Positions 1 to 14,261 of a DNA stretch of 64,000 nucleotides are shown piece by piece. The notes under the pieces were generated by a model. It searched no databases. It was given only the letters and a program-made list of their open reading frames with translations, and was not told the origin of the DNA. This DNA is from Trichoplax adhaerens (taxonomy: Eukaryota > Animalia > Placozoa): assembly GCF_000150275.1 (NCBI RefSeq), contig NW_002060948.1:3547183-3611182 (forward strand), in the 5' to 3' direction. The translations under genes and the position numbers were made by a program. Numbering within the stretch: the stretch's first letter is position 1; each line of letters starts with the position of its first letter.

Positions 1-2
1 GA

Positions 3-2159
3 TCATCGCGACGTTCATGCAGATCAATAGACACAATATTGTCCTGCTCTAATGACGATCAGGATACAAAGGCATTTCCTGGTCTATGTCATTGCGATTC
101 AGAATGTATTCTATATGGAGATTGCTGTATGAATTATAAAAATCCTTGTCCAGAGACTAATGTAAGTCTTGTGACTACGACAAATCGGTCTTGCAAAAAA
201 GTTCAGATGACAAATTGGATAAAGCAACGATTGCCAGCTAGACAGAATAAAACGTTGGTTAGTTTATATAACTATCGTTGTCTAAAAGGCTCTTTGGTCG
301 TTACAAAATGCCCTTCGCATTGGAGCGATAGTTACTATCGCAATAAATGTGAGAATATATCAGATACATTCAACTTTTATAGTCATGTACCTGTTGTCCA
401 TAATACAACCAATATCGCCTATAGAAACATTTACTGTGCTCTTTGCCATCGAGTTAATGTAACAAATTTACAAGATATCCGCTTTTGGAGCATTGCTATA
501 AAATGTAATTTATCGGAAAATGCTATTGAGTTTTGGAGTTTACAGAGTGATGGTCTATGGAAATATTGCTCATTGATATCGTTGATTAATTATAATGATA
601 CGACATCGGCTCCGCGTAGAAAGTGTCGTCTAGAAATGGGTAATGAAATGATCTCTACATGTTTATCTGATCCAAAATCTCTGAAGATGAATCAAAGTTT
701 TTTTCAAGCAATTCGAGACGGCTGCCAAAGCTATATCGCACCAATCGTTTCTGGCGGACAATTATACCACAATCCGTTTTGTTTAATGTGTAGTACAACA
801 GCTATCCATCTTAATGTTAGTTGTCTGATTAGATCACCGCTTCCACCTCAAATGGGTACTCTTGCATTCGGGGAAGGCTTCATAACAGATCTGGCAAATC
901 CCGTGTACTATGACCTACATTATAATCCACTCACGAGCACGATTACTTATCGAAAGTTTAGAGGCAATATGAAAGACAGTTTTACGCTTACAATATTGCT
1001 CTTTTGTGAAGTAGGAATGTTGTATAATCCTTGGACAAACCAATGCCAAAATGTGTTCCCAAAACCTATCGCTATATTATTGCATCAAGAGAATAAGACT
1101 GATCCATACAAAAATTCAACCAATAATAATAGTAGTAATTTTGAAAACACTATGCAAAATCGAACTTGTCATCTTACCTATGGAAATGCAAATACTACTG
1201 CTTATTTCAACGCTACTCATGTTGTTTTTCTACCTACCAATAAGACTTTCTTAGCTGCAAGATTACCAAATCACAATAACCATTTTTCCTTTTATAACTG
1301 TACTACCAATAGCAGTAGTGCGTTAGTCAATCAGACGTTAAGTACTGTTGTCTTATCCTCAGCTTTATATTATTCACCTGCTGTAATGTCTATCGTTGCA
1401 TTTATGTTGCAAATTTATTTTCATTTTCACAAGAGGTTAATTTGCCGATGGTGTATAGCATGTTGGTCACTTACAGTTATGTTGTTAGAGATTTCTATCA
1501 TCATTAATCAATCGATACAGTCAACTCCATCTGCAATATCCTCGATCGATTGCGATATACTATTAGCCGTCCATCACTTTCTTGAACTTTCCACATGTCT
1601 TTGGACTGTTGCGATAAGTAAGGATGTCTATTACCGCAGTCGCCATGATGATTTTTTACATCATTCATCCTTTCCTTGCAATATATTTTGCTTCTCCCTT
1701 ATGGCTTGGCTATTGCCTGGTGCAGCGGTTGGATGTTTCATAACTATCAATAAATATAGTTTAGGACTAACGTATGGTAACCATACTCATTGCCATCTCC
1801 AAGACGCTACCATTCTGGTATGGTATTCTTGCGTACCCTATTGCATCCTTGCAAGTGTCTGCCTTTTAATCTATATCGCGGCATTGCTATCAAGAGTGCA
1901 ACATCATCGTCAAAGCAATAAGAATGATCGTCGCCTCAATGATGATTCTACGTGTGGGTACACGACCGATCAAGATCAATTCAGTGAATATCAAAAAATT
2001 TTATTCTTGATGCTTATGTCCACGGTTGTTAACTCCAATCTCATTGTACGCAGTATTGCAACTATGGCCACAACTACCCTATCGTATATGCAATATATCA
2101 GCATTAGTGTTCATTTTCTTCAGGGATTGATTGTCGGTTGTGTTTCATTTGTTGTATGA
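3..2159 (+). CDS. Somatomedin-B domain, cysteine-rich ectodomain class B/adhesion-like 7TM receptor (5' truncated by the window)
   Basis: Frame is open from base 3. SMB motif CHCDSECILYGDCC, two Y-x-N-x-[FY]-C-x-x-C repeats and many N-glycosylation sequons. Seven hydrophobic segments carry class-B hallmarks (TM3 C..LAVHHFLELSTCLW...KDVY, TM4 AWLLP, TM7 FLQGLIV). Confidence 0.8.
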   Translation, partial: SSRRSCRSIDTILSCSNDDQDTKAFPGLCHCDSECILYGDCCMNYKNPCPETNVSLVTTTNRSCKKVQMTNWIKQRLPARQNKTLVSLYNYRCLKGSLVVTKCPSHWSDSYYRNKCENISDTFNFYSHVPVVHNTTNIAYRNIYCALCHRVNVTNLQDIRFWSIAIKCNLSENAIEFWSLQSDGLWKYCSLISLINYNDTTSAPRRKCRLEMGNEMISTCLSDPKSLKMNQSFFQAIRDGCQSYIAPIVSGGQLYHNPFCLMCSTTAIHLNVSCLIRSPLPPQMGTLAFGEGFITDLANPVYYDLHYNPLTSTITYRKFRGNMKDSFTLTILLFCEVGMLYNPWTNQCQNVFPKPIAILLHQENKTDPYKNSTNNNSSNFENTMQNRTCHLTYGNANTTAYFNATHVVFLPTNKTFLAARLPNHNNHFSFYNCTTNSSSALVNQTLSTVVLSSALYYSPAVMSIVAFMLQIYFHFHKRLICRWCIACWSLTVMLLEISIIINQSIQSTPSAISSIDCDILLAVHHFLELSTCLWTVAISKDVYYRSRHDDFLHHSSFPCNIFCFSLMAWLLPGAAVGCFITINKYSLGLTYGNHTHCHLQDATILVWYSCVPYCILASVCLLIYIAALLSRVQHHRQSNKNDRRLNDDSTCGYTTDQDQFSEYQKILFLMLMSTVVNSNLIVRSIATMATTTLSYMQYISISVHFLQGLIVGCVSFVV

Positions 2160-2495
2160 CTATTTTAGACAAGTATTTGCTTTCAACAGTTTATCATGCA
2201 TGTATTGATTGAATTTCAATGTTGGTAAGTTTTCAACTGTTTCACTTAACATGGTAATCTTCTTAGGTGTTGGCCTGGTGTTAAAACATGAGCCATTAGC
2301 GTTAATTATCTGTGGCGTAGCGCATTTCTTGAATAGCGTTCTTTCTTTGAACCTTCATTCACTTCATTAAATACTGTAAAGTGTCAACCTAGTCTATCGG
2401 ATATCTGTAACATTTGATGCATGTACACTGAGCTAATGTTCAACGATAGTATGAAAGTATTTTGTTATTGCAAACAGCCCTGTCCTGCCCAGTGC

Positions 2496-2561
2496 CATGG
2501 ACTACAAAAAGAAATACCTATAGAGCAATTCGCTGGTAGCGTATTTCTTTGATAGTCCATG
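2496..2561. repeat. Imperfect inverted repeat / hairpin (66 nt)
   Basis: CATGGACTA pairs with TAGTCCATG, AAAGAAATAC with GTATTTCTTT, and CTA with TAG. Confidence 0.75.
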
Positions 2562-4565
2562 ACTGTGATGAACATTGTCTGGATCAACGCTCGATTGCAA
2601 TATCGATTGATTTTTACTGACGTCTGCTTAAATTCATATTGAGTAGTCTCATTTTAAACTTTTGCACGTTTGTATGCATCCATTTGGCTGGCCCAGAAGC
2701 CAAAGGCATTTGCGATCTACTGCACATCCATCGCTTGCTTGGCATGATTCACTTAATATCCATGATTGCTAATGATAGCTAGTTAGATCCATCTTGGCAC
2801 CAATTGCGACAAGCCGTTGCGCTCATCCACAACCGCTATACAGTAGAGTCGAATCCGCCACGCCTGTCCATCACTCTAGCATACTGTACTATACTGTACG
2901 TACAGTACGTAGATGCACTCATACTGTAGAGTATCGGGTAGTCCGTAACAACCTCGGACACGTTACCGTATCGGCTCGTCGTTACAGCCTGTTACCATGT
3001 GAGCCGATACGCTGACGTAAACACCAGTGTTGACCGTTGAAATTTCACTCATAAAAAGCTTGACGCTAGAGGACGCTGAAACGGATCGCAACCACCCACG
3101 TCCCAATGACGAACCACTGACGCATGTCACTCAACAACCAACTTTCTTCATCACTCCATGTCAACAACAAGTCTGCAAAGATGATTGCAGCTGATAAACT
3201 ACCATGACCTAAAACTAGTACTACTGTAGTACTTGCTACCGGGATCAGCATTAATCAACAGCTCTACGACTTCTAGATACTGTACATAGATATCCTTCCA
3301 TGTGTCAATGGATGTTATTCATTGGGTGCTTGCCTGCTCATGGGCTAGCATCGCTGCATCTGTCGAAAGAAGTGTCGATGTTGATCTCCGTTGCTAAAAC
3401 TTGTATGTCTATATTTCATCTCGACAAGCTGATAAAGGCTGTGATTGATTTCTTTCAAGTTTAGCCGACAGTCCATTTTCAACAAAATGATCAATAGTAT
3501 CCAGCATTTGGTAATGATATTTTACTACCTACTGTACAGCATTGCTGAAACTGCAATACTGGAGGTAGTAAAATGTATGATGGCAAAATGCCAGAGACTA
3601 AAGATCACTCCATGACACATATCTATCTGTTATCATGCTTTTTCAACTGCAGAGAACTGAAGCAATCATTGGTGCCATCAACAATAACGTTCCATGATAT
3701 ACTGATATGGTACTGTACTTTACTTGGCCTGGTGAACGCCTATATCTGCTATATACTATACTGTATGTCCATTGAGTGTATTTTATCTAGGTCCAAGGTG
3801 GGAATCTTGGACAATTTCCAGACTTGCAGTCGCGCCAAAGTACCCTACGATCTAATATGTAACAATAATCAACAGTAGTATACGGTAATACATTAGGCGA
3901 ATCGGTTCATGTTCAAGATGGCGCACAGTAGTTCCATCACTGCGATCAATATGGAAATTGATGCTATCGATGCTCGATGCTTTCTATGTAGATACAGTAG
4001 ATCTTTGGCAATCATATTTCTATTTACTAATGCACACGAATCGTTATGATGTGTCAATTCTTTGCATACCTATACAGCATTGCTCATCCACTCATGATGA
4101 CTGCAGTGGACTGCATCAAGACGGAATAAATTGCCTTTCTCACTTCATGGACCGATTTGCAAATGCATCAATGTTATCTAATGACCAGACAGATAAAAAT
4201 AAAAAGGAAAATAATCCATTGCTATTCAACAAGATCAGATAAGGATTCCTCCATTCAACAATTCTTTATTATCAACAACCAATCAAAGTCTTTACGCCTC
4301 TTAAGTTATCTATGTTGGAATGGCCAGCCATCACTGGTCTAGTTTTGTAGGCGTTCCACTTGGGCCGATCAGCACCGCCCCATCGACATAATCGCGCGAT
4401 CAAAATACGATTGCTTTTAAATTAAAATTAATTAACGACTATATCACCATTTCTGCGACTTGGCGTGATTACAGTAGACCGTGTATACCGAAAGCTGGAA
4501 CAGACTTGGTTCTGTCAAAGTGCTGTATTTCTACAATTTCCTAGTACTGTCATTACTCTTGTTTG

Positions 4566-5515
<950 letters not shown>

Positions 5516-7372
5516 ACGATAGGAACTATAAAACAGCATCAAGCGACGACTCAACGCAGCAAGCCTAATGGTAGTCAACGTATGCTGTATTTTCTAGTTT
5601 CCCATTTTTTGCTTTTGATTTGCCTAGCGTTTAGCACTATTCATTGTCTACCTCTACAATATGATATGACTATATATATTTCTTATGCATGCTTAAAAAG
5701 AGAATTTGTTACTGTATTGCAATGCCTATGGTTTATTCCGGTTTAAATGGTGAATTTATTGTTAATTCTTAAAATAGTAAAAAGAGGATGGCAAATTGAT
5801 GCTTTTAAAATCAAACATTGATATGAAACAATTCGAGCATAGTGATGTACCGTGGTAGGGAATGAAAATACGTCTTGATTCTACTATTGTATTACGTGAA
5901 AACAAATTGAAGTTTATACTCTGACAAGCGTACATAATGTTAGCCTTGGCAATTTAGTATTTCTACTAGTAAATTTCTTCAGGTAGATTTCTCAAGGTAA
6001 TAGTTGATTAATTATAGTGCATAAAGATGCAGGTATATCTTTCATCAGTAGGAAGTATATATATAGTCCTTTAATACCATTATTTGAGAAACGCATTTTT
6101 CAGAGCTTATTTATTATATTCTCAACTGAACATCCTGTTTACCCTTTGTCGATCGTGTTGTGCGTAATTCCGATTTGAAATATCAATGCATTTACTGGAA
6201 ATTTATTTCAATTCAATTTTACCTTTGCTGCAATTTTCAGTTATGTAATAAATTGATGCTACAATTGTTAACTGCCCATATTTATATTGGAATATTAGTG
6301 CAATGATTTAGTTTTGCTTAGGTATAGAATACCTATCGATGATCATTAAATATTTCATTGAATTACTTAAATTGCGTTTTATACTAGTTTAATAATGCGA
6401 CATCAAAAGCGACTACGCAGCTGGCTGCGTATGTCAAGTAGGATATCCTTTTTTAAATTGGACTCGCAAAGATTCTTTGCATCAAAAATGATCTTATCTA
6501 ACTAAAATCGAAGAATACTAACTGGATTATGTCGCAACCAAATTAATTACTTTATCAATCTAAGTATAAAAAGGCTAACCAAGCAATGATAGCAATTGAT
6601 ATGTGTGCTGGCTGCATAGCGAGCAGATGAATTTTCATTCAATAGTTAGTTTTCATATCGCATAGTGAAAAGCGCAATTGTCTAATGTTATATTATAGAT
6701 TGGACAATGCCGCCGCATCAGTAGAATTGAATGATTTTCTAGTTCCGATTAATTGTAAATTGTTCCTGTGTTCGTCACAAATTGGCGCAATATGGCGTGA
6801 GAGACTAACGTTCAATTCTATGCTGATAGCCAAACCAATGTTCATAATGACTAGATAACGCTGTGCAATTACTTAGACTCTATGTTCAACGTGATTTATC
6901 AATTCAATACCTTGCAATAGGAGTACAAGAGGTTATTCAAGTCAGACCGACGTCTGATACAGTAAACTTGCCAAGATTAGTCATCATCCAATGTTTGCGA
7001 AAGATCCCTAATGAAGTTAATGGCTGTTAACTACTGTATGCGTATATCCGTTTACACGAGCCTGCTATACGATGCCATTCTGTACAACATTTGACACAGA
7101 ATTTCAATCTAATTTATAGCCTAATATTAGAATAATACGCATAAAAAGCGAAACGACGACAAAACCTTCTATAGAGTAACGCACATTGCTCTACGAAGAA
7201 TTACGCCAAGCTCAATCATAAGTACTATCGATTTATTGCATTACAAAGTATAATAATTGGATCTTGTAATTCGTGTGATACCTTTTCTGTTGGGTAAGCG
7301 AACGACGAATAAAAAAGTGATTATTATTATTATTCTCAATTATAAATTATACGTTTAGATATTGGCCGTAGA

Positions 7373-7389
7373 ACACACACACACACACA
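7373..7389. repeat. (AC)8 microsatellite
   Basis: acacacacacacacaca. Confidence 0.85.
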
Positions 7390-10300
7390 TCTAGTCTATC
7401 GTAGTCGACTAGCCTAAATGTCTTGTTAATCAGTAAGGCATATTGGCAACGGCAGCTGCTAGACTACTATATTTTACTAAAATGACAACTTCCTTTGAAA
7501 ATAATAATAATATTAATTAATAGACATCCACAAATTGTATGGTCACTTGGTCAGGACTAAGCCTTTTTAGCCATCTCTTTCTGCCAAATACAACAGATTA
7601 CTCCACCTAGAATAACATTCTTTTACGTAGATATCATTTTCACCCACAAAAGTACATCAATTTTAATCATAAAAAAGATTATCATAAGAATTCCTTGGTA
7701 TACTGTAGTCTAGGGTATTTTCACATATTCCAACGGAATAGATAGACTGTCTTACAATCCTTGAAATTTTATTTTAGCAAATGAATAAAAATTACCTACC
7801 TTGTTAATCGTTGTCGGTAAAGCAAGACATTTAATCAGTAACAGTACTGACAATTCAATCTATGATTAAAATTCCGACATTAAATGATCAAATGAAATCA
7901 GAATAAAAATATATATTCCTGTATTATTCTACTTAAGCAAGCATGTGTATCCAATTAATAAAGAAGAATAACTGGTAGTCTCATTCTTAGGCTATCCAAT
8001 TAAACAATTATTAATTATTGGCGTAACTAGTTATCACCTTACTAAATTTAAATATAACCAGCTTGATTCAGTTTTTTCGAAAAAATTGCCATCAGGGTAC
8101 CTATGAAATTAATATCATAGACTATCAGCATCTTCTGTATGCTGGATATTATTAAATAGGGTGTAGAATTTCGTATAGGTAATATACTCCATTATGACAA
8201 TGTTATAATATAATCCATTCTAAATATTAAATTCATATTATCAATTGGGACTGTCTTAAATTTATCGATCGAAATAAATTGTCACCAATGATGTGGCACC
8301 GCTCAAGATTGAATGGCCTCAACGGATACAGTACTATCTTGTCTAAGAAAATTAATTAAGATTCCATTAGACGTGTCTATATTTAATGATTGCATTTTCA
8401 TCCTGGTGTCTACTCTAAAACAAAAGTTAAAATAGTCCTGAAAATGTCCCACACGTCGAATACGGATGAAATCATGACTTTAACTCAACATATCTCAAGC
8501 AAAGCTTTCATAATTTTGATGGTAACTATGCATCAATTGAAAGATAGAATAATATCACCTTATCATTACTGTATCGTTATTCCATATTATGTATATGGAG
8601 AATTAATTGAACGGTGGGTCTTGCATTCTTTAAAGAATAAAAATTAAATACGCAAATTACCATTATGGACTTTGATATTGTCAAGGGATACCGACGTCAT
8701 TAGGATGTTATGGTATTATCAATAACTTAAATTTCCTTCTATAATTTGTAATTTAATTTTTCAATTAATATCAATAAAATAGTTGACACTCTTTCATGTT
8801 AAGAATACTTTATTTATTATTGAGGACATTTTTTTATATCATTGCTGGCTGGTTAGAGAGGGAACTATCACGAACTAGCGGTTACGCAAATGGTCGGCAG
8901 ATTGAGCATAATTCAAAGAATAAAAATACAATTAGATTATTTCTTATCGTAAATTGACTCCATTTCTCTATCGCGGAGATAGAAAGCATTTTAAACATTA
9001 ACCAATTGGCATAGGTATCGATCTCTTTGCAAATAATGCAAACTATCATCAGTGATACTCAATTTTAGTTTATACTCGTATACTAATAGATAGTTATAAA
9101 TCATACGTGGATTAAAATGCATACAATCTTCATCTATCACCATCATTAATTCATACGATAAAAATATAGCGTCAGAAAAGCAATATAATAGTAATTTTAA
9201 TTCAATTTTATCATGATTGATGATATCGTTATCCTATATGATAGGAGAAATGAAAAAGACTGTACGTTGATTTATAGGCTATAAAAAAATTGTCATGGTT
9301 AATTATCGTCAGTAGATTAAATATCCAACTTTAATTGTTATATCATCATTGTATAGTTGTCTTAAGACAAGGACAAGTAGGAATGCAATATGACGTCAAA
9401 TATCAAGTGACAAAAGTAAAAGAACGATAAATGGTCAATTTTAGTATGAAGGTTGAGTTTGATTTAAAATTTGGGGGGATATCTCAATATCATGCCTATC
9501 GATATGGACCTAAACCTCTATTCAAGCATAGCTAGTTATTCTACGAGTATGGATAGGTCTACTTTTAGTGTAATTACTATCATGAAGATGAAAACTGATA
9601 AGTAACGAAAACAATTAATCATCATCTTGACAATTTTAAAACTATAGTATTGGAATTGACATCATTCAACCGGATGTCTTGGCCGAAGGTAACCGGAATT
9701 ATTGGGTATTGATTCGATTAAATAGATTTGCTTTTCAATCTGTCATTGATTTGATTAATTTAAACAAAATAAAAAAAAAATGATTGCTATATCAATATTA
9801 GCTCTGGGTAATAACAAAAGCATAGAAGAATAAAAGTGGATTCCTTTCTCAAAACATTCAATTTAAATTACTAGGTAAATCCTATTCATTATTCAAACCC
9901 ATTTATTTCTCACCTTTTCAATTGGCCATCCATTATGAGTAAAATAGATGATTTGTCTTGTATCATCACAAGTTTAAATTATGCTACAAAAAAAATGGAA
10001 AAACCATTGCCGATGATCACGTATACCATTTATTTTATTTATTTTTATTATTTCAATGCAGCGAATTAAAAGGCAAAATGCATGTGAAGAAAAAACTCAG
10101 CACAACATTTTCTGGTACTTACCAGAGAAAACTTAATTATGACTGATCGCATGGCAGACGGTGTGAAATATCGTCGGTTTCGTAGACTATACTAAAATCA
10201 ATGTTGTTATAATAAATGACGAGAATACCTAATGTTAGGGTATTTTATTTCTTACAAGTTTAAAAATTCTAATGCGAAAAAAATAATATGAATTTTTTTA

Positions 10301-12299
10301 TTGAATATTATAACTAAACAATCGTACCAAAGTCAATTAATAAGCAAGAGTTGAAAGGCTCTCATTTGCAATCAATGGTATTTAGACTTGAATTGCGATA
10401 GGTTTAGAACTGATAGTTTATCCATTTATAATTTCCAATAATAGTTATTCTTATTTTATTACTCTTTCTAATTATAATAGCAATAATGTTTTTTTAGAAC
10501 AAAAATAATCATTTCAAAATAATATTGAAAGAATTAAAATTAATCAGTAAAAATAATGATAACAAAAAATAGTGATGGCGTTTTTACATCTCCAGTAGCT
10601 TCTTCCCCTTCATCTGCCTTCATCGATGAGCTATTTTTTACCTTGACTAATTTACAATTTCAAGTAGCATTACAATTTTATTCTATTATATACTTTAACA
10701 ACGATAGCGAACATAAGACTGCTAGATAGAAAATAAATAAATATATTCATGTTAATTAATCGAAAGTAAATGAAGTAGCATTACATTAAATTAATACTGA
10801 AAGTAATTGCATACATTTTAATCTATTTACAAGTTACTATCAAATAAGAATAATTATATCATCGGTAGATTGCTTTACAACTTGATAAGATTGTAAATCT
10901 ATCAGGCTTTAATAATCAATTAATTAATTAATAATTCAAGTCATGATCATTTAATCTTCAATCTTTTAAGCTATTTTTTTTCTTATGTTAGCAACGATAG
11001 TACTGGAATGATAAATTATCTGACTAACCATCAGAAATTGCTTATCCACAACTATTGGTTTTATTATCATCAATTATTTTCGAATACTATGGACTAGTTT
11101 TACCCATCTTTTAGATCAGTGCTTTACCTTACTCGATAAATGACAGCAACACCCAGTTATCGTATTATCAATTCGTAGGCGAACTGCCTGTACAATGCAG
11201 GAAATGCAATGATTGCCATTGATTAACTTACTCTCCATATATGAAGTACAGTTAAGCGGTCAGATGGAATAAACGATAGAAGGCGAGAAAGAACAAATGA
11301 AAATATAGAATTAAAAAAAATATTAAAGATCAAAAAAATTAACAAATTAAATTGGATAACAAAAATTGATTTATCAATAGTGATAAAATACTAATTTTTA
11401 TTTTTTTATTTTTTCTATCAACATGTAAATCAATATAAAAAATAATTATAATCAATCTTCATCTTCGTCCTGTAACCGATTTCAACATGGGTACATCCCT
11501 TTCAACTGGACTAATGTGAAAAGTAGCCAACGTCAAATGATTGTGAACACATCATATCATCAAATAACGTATAGGATTTTTATTTCCTCTCTTCCCTTTT
11601 TTCATCATTGAATAACAATTAAAAAATATCAATAGCATAGCATTGATTCTTGGTCACGCTTTCAACACGGTAAACAGGAAATAAAGTACTCATTTGAATA
11701 AGAATTTTAAAGTCAGACAGTAAGAAGTAAAAAATAAAGATTGTACATCCATCACTGCTTCCATCTCCAAGCTATACATTAACCTGCAGTCATCTTAACA
11801 ATAGTAGCTTTATTGATCGTCCATCAATCCATTTTTCTAATTTATGCCATGGAAATTGTTTGTTCAATGCAGAGAAATGATCTTCATATAAGAATGATCG
11901 CCATCTACACGATATATTAATAGCGATAAGAAATTGATTGAAAGAGGTTGTTTCCTGAATTTTTTTCTCCTATTTATATTTAGATCAAGAAGCTATCGGT
12001 AATTGATTCATGATTGCTTTAAATACGATCTATTTGCAATTTGATGATTATTTTTTCCACCTAGGTTATTTATTGATGATAACTTATTATTATTATTTAC
12101 GCCTGCAATTAAGGTATATCAAGCCTGAAGTATTGGAATTTGAATTGTTACTTCTACTCCGGTTGACTTAGATCTTTGGTACTCTTTTAATTAATCCTCA
12201 TCTCGTTGTGTAATTGAAATTACAGTAGGCGATATAGACTTCAGATTAATTTCTCTTATCCACCAGATCTAAATCAACTAGTAAAATCCAATACAAGTT

Positions 12300-14261
12300 A
12301 TGTCTCAAGCTGTAACTTTAGCACATTTCGATAAATTCTTAGATACCACACCAATCAATCGTTCATACTATGATGATTGGGTATCTTGCTGCTATCAACT
12401 TCAATTACTCTTGAAGCAAACGAGCTTGAAAACTATTCCACTCATTTCGGTATATCAACGCTTAACTAACCTGATCGAAAAATGGCCTAACCTTTGGCCA
12501 GCAACTCCAACACCACCATCTTGGGATAATTTTCACATGGCCATTGGTAGTACTGACTTTAAATCTTGCCATCATCAGCTACAAGCAATACTAGCTGAAA
12601 TTACCAATCATATCAATGTATTAGATCATGAAAAAGATCATGTCAAGAAGAATAATAGAGACAATCACCATCATCATCATTTACTACTTTTGACATCATT
12701 AACTACTTCGATATCACAATTACTTCAATGTACCGATCTTACATCATCGATTCCATCTTATATTAATAGCAGTAATGTAAGTGTTAATTTACGCGCTATA
12801 CTAGAGGTAATGTTCTCAATTGTAGCTAATTCAACACCTAACCGTCATTTACCCAATCAAAAAATTGCAGAACAAATAAAAACTTGTATTACTAATCGAT
12901 CACATTTTCAACTGCAAAGTAAAGTGGATGATCGGCATGATCAAGCAACAACAGCTGAAAATTCATCATCAACAACATTAAAAGACGAGACTGAGACTGA
13001 TGATGGTGACAATAGTGGACGTATTGGTAAGAAAATATCCTTTAGTATCAACAGTATCATCAATTCAAATTGCATTGAACAACAGAAGCAATACGATTTA
13101 CGTTGCCAAGATCAGCCTCAATTACTATCGCTTCATCCATCTTCAAACTCATCACCATCCCTATCTATGGCATCATCAACTTCATCATCTTCTTTACGCC
13201 AATCGCATTTGGTAGCATTATCGGTTCCTGCGAATAATCAAAATCAAATTATCAGCTACCATTATCCAAACAAATTACCTCATGACCCTCACCCATCGCC
13301 CCATCATCGCCATTCTAATTGTTTGCCATCATCATCACCACCTTCAGCTTTACATCATGCACCTAATTCTGACTTATATTCAGCACGATTACATCCATTA
13401 GGTCAAGTAATAACAACAGCAGTAAGTACAACAGTGTCTACAACTCCAGCAGCGACGATAGCAGCAACACCTACTGGTGGAGTTGCCAATTACTTCCAAG
13501 ATGAATTTTGGAATGCTTCAAAACATACCACTAACAATATGGACATGACATTATCACCTCCATCAACAGCACCATTAATCGGTCGACACGGTATCCATCC
13601 AAGTTTCTTTAGTTCAACATTTCAATCTAATGGACAAGATATGATGACTGCAGTGTTTGATAACAACAAAATCTACCGTTGCCATCAATGCTTGCGTTTA
13701 TGTAGTAGTCCAGCTGAATTAAAACGCCATACTAAATCCCATCATCAAACTAATGAACGATTACGTTTTTGTTGTTCTCATTGTAACAAACGCTTTGCGC
13801 AATCATCGCATTTACAGCAACATTTACGCGTTCATACTGGCGTACGACCATTTAAATGTCGTTTTTGCTCCAAATCTTTCGCACAGTCGACCCATCTACA
13901 ACAACACATTAAAATGCATACAGGCGATAAACCATTTCGCTGCAATTTTTGCGAGAAGCATTTCTCTCAGTTATCCCATTTACAAAAGCATACCCGAGTT
14001 CATACAGGTGAAAAGCCGTATAAATGTATTTATTGCTTTAAAAGTTTCTCTCAATCATCCAATCTGCAGAAGCATTTACGCGTCCACACAGGTATAAAAC
14101 CATACAAGTGCACTTACTGCTCTAAGAGTTTTACCCAATCACCTAATTTGCAAAAGCATATCCGAATTCATACCGGAGAACGTCCCTATACATGCCATTT
14201 ATGCTCGAAATCATTTAGTCAGTCATCATCTTTACAGCAACATTTAAAGCTACACGACTGA
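12300..14261 (+). CDS. Single-exon C2H2 zinc-finger transcription factor (7 fingers, ZNF384/ZNF362/rotund-like recognition helices) with an eh1 motif
   Basis: 653-aa ORF. Six tandem fingers with HTG(V/D/E/I)(R/K)P(F/Y) linkers plus one divergent finger. Helices read QSSHLQQH, QLSHLQKH, QSSNLQKH. FSINSII at 13041-13061. Confidence 0.9.
   Translation: MSQAVTLAHFDKFLDTTPINRSYYDDWVSCCYQLQLLLKQTSLKTIPLISVYQRLTNLIEKWPNLWPATPTPPSWDNFHMAIGSTDFKSCHHQLQAILAEITNHINVLDHEKDHVKKNNRDNHHHHHLLLLTSLTTSISQLLQCTDLTSSIPSYINSSNVSVNLRAILEVMFSIVANSTPNRHLPNQKIAEQIKTCITNRSHFQLQSKVDDRHDQATTAENSSSTTLKDETETDDGDNSGRIGKKISFSINSIINSNCIEQQKQYDLRCQDQPQLLSLHPSSNSSPSLSMASSTSSSSLRQSHLVALSVPANNQNQIISYHYPNKLPHDPHPSPHHRHSNCLPSSSPPSALHHAPNSDLYSARLHPLGQVITTAVSTTVSTTPAATIAATPTGGVANYFQDEFWNASKHTTNNMDMTLSPPSTAPLIGRHGIHPSFFSSTFQSNGQDMMTAVFDNNKIYRCHQCLRLCSSPAELKRHTKSHHQTNERLRFCCSHCNKRFAQSSHLQQHLRVHTGVRPFKCRFCSKSFAQSTHLQQHIKMHTGDKPFRCNFCEKHFSQLSHLQKHTRVHTGEKPYKCIYCFKSFSQSSNLQKHLRVHTGIKPYKCTYCSKSFTQSPNLQKHIRIHTGERPYTCHLCSKSFSQSSSLQQHLKLHD

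Noticed and set aside
13000-14097. Alternative-frame ORFs inside the zinc-finger gene (and similar shadow ORFs in other genes)
   Set aside because: They overlap well-supported CDSs and show no protein-like features.
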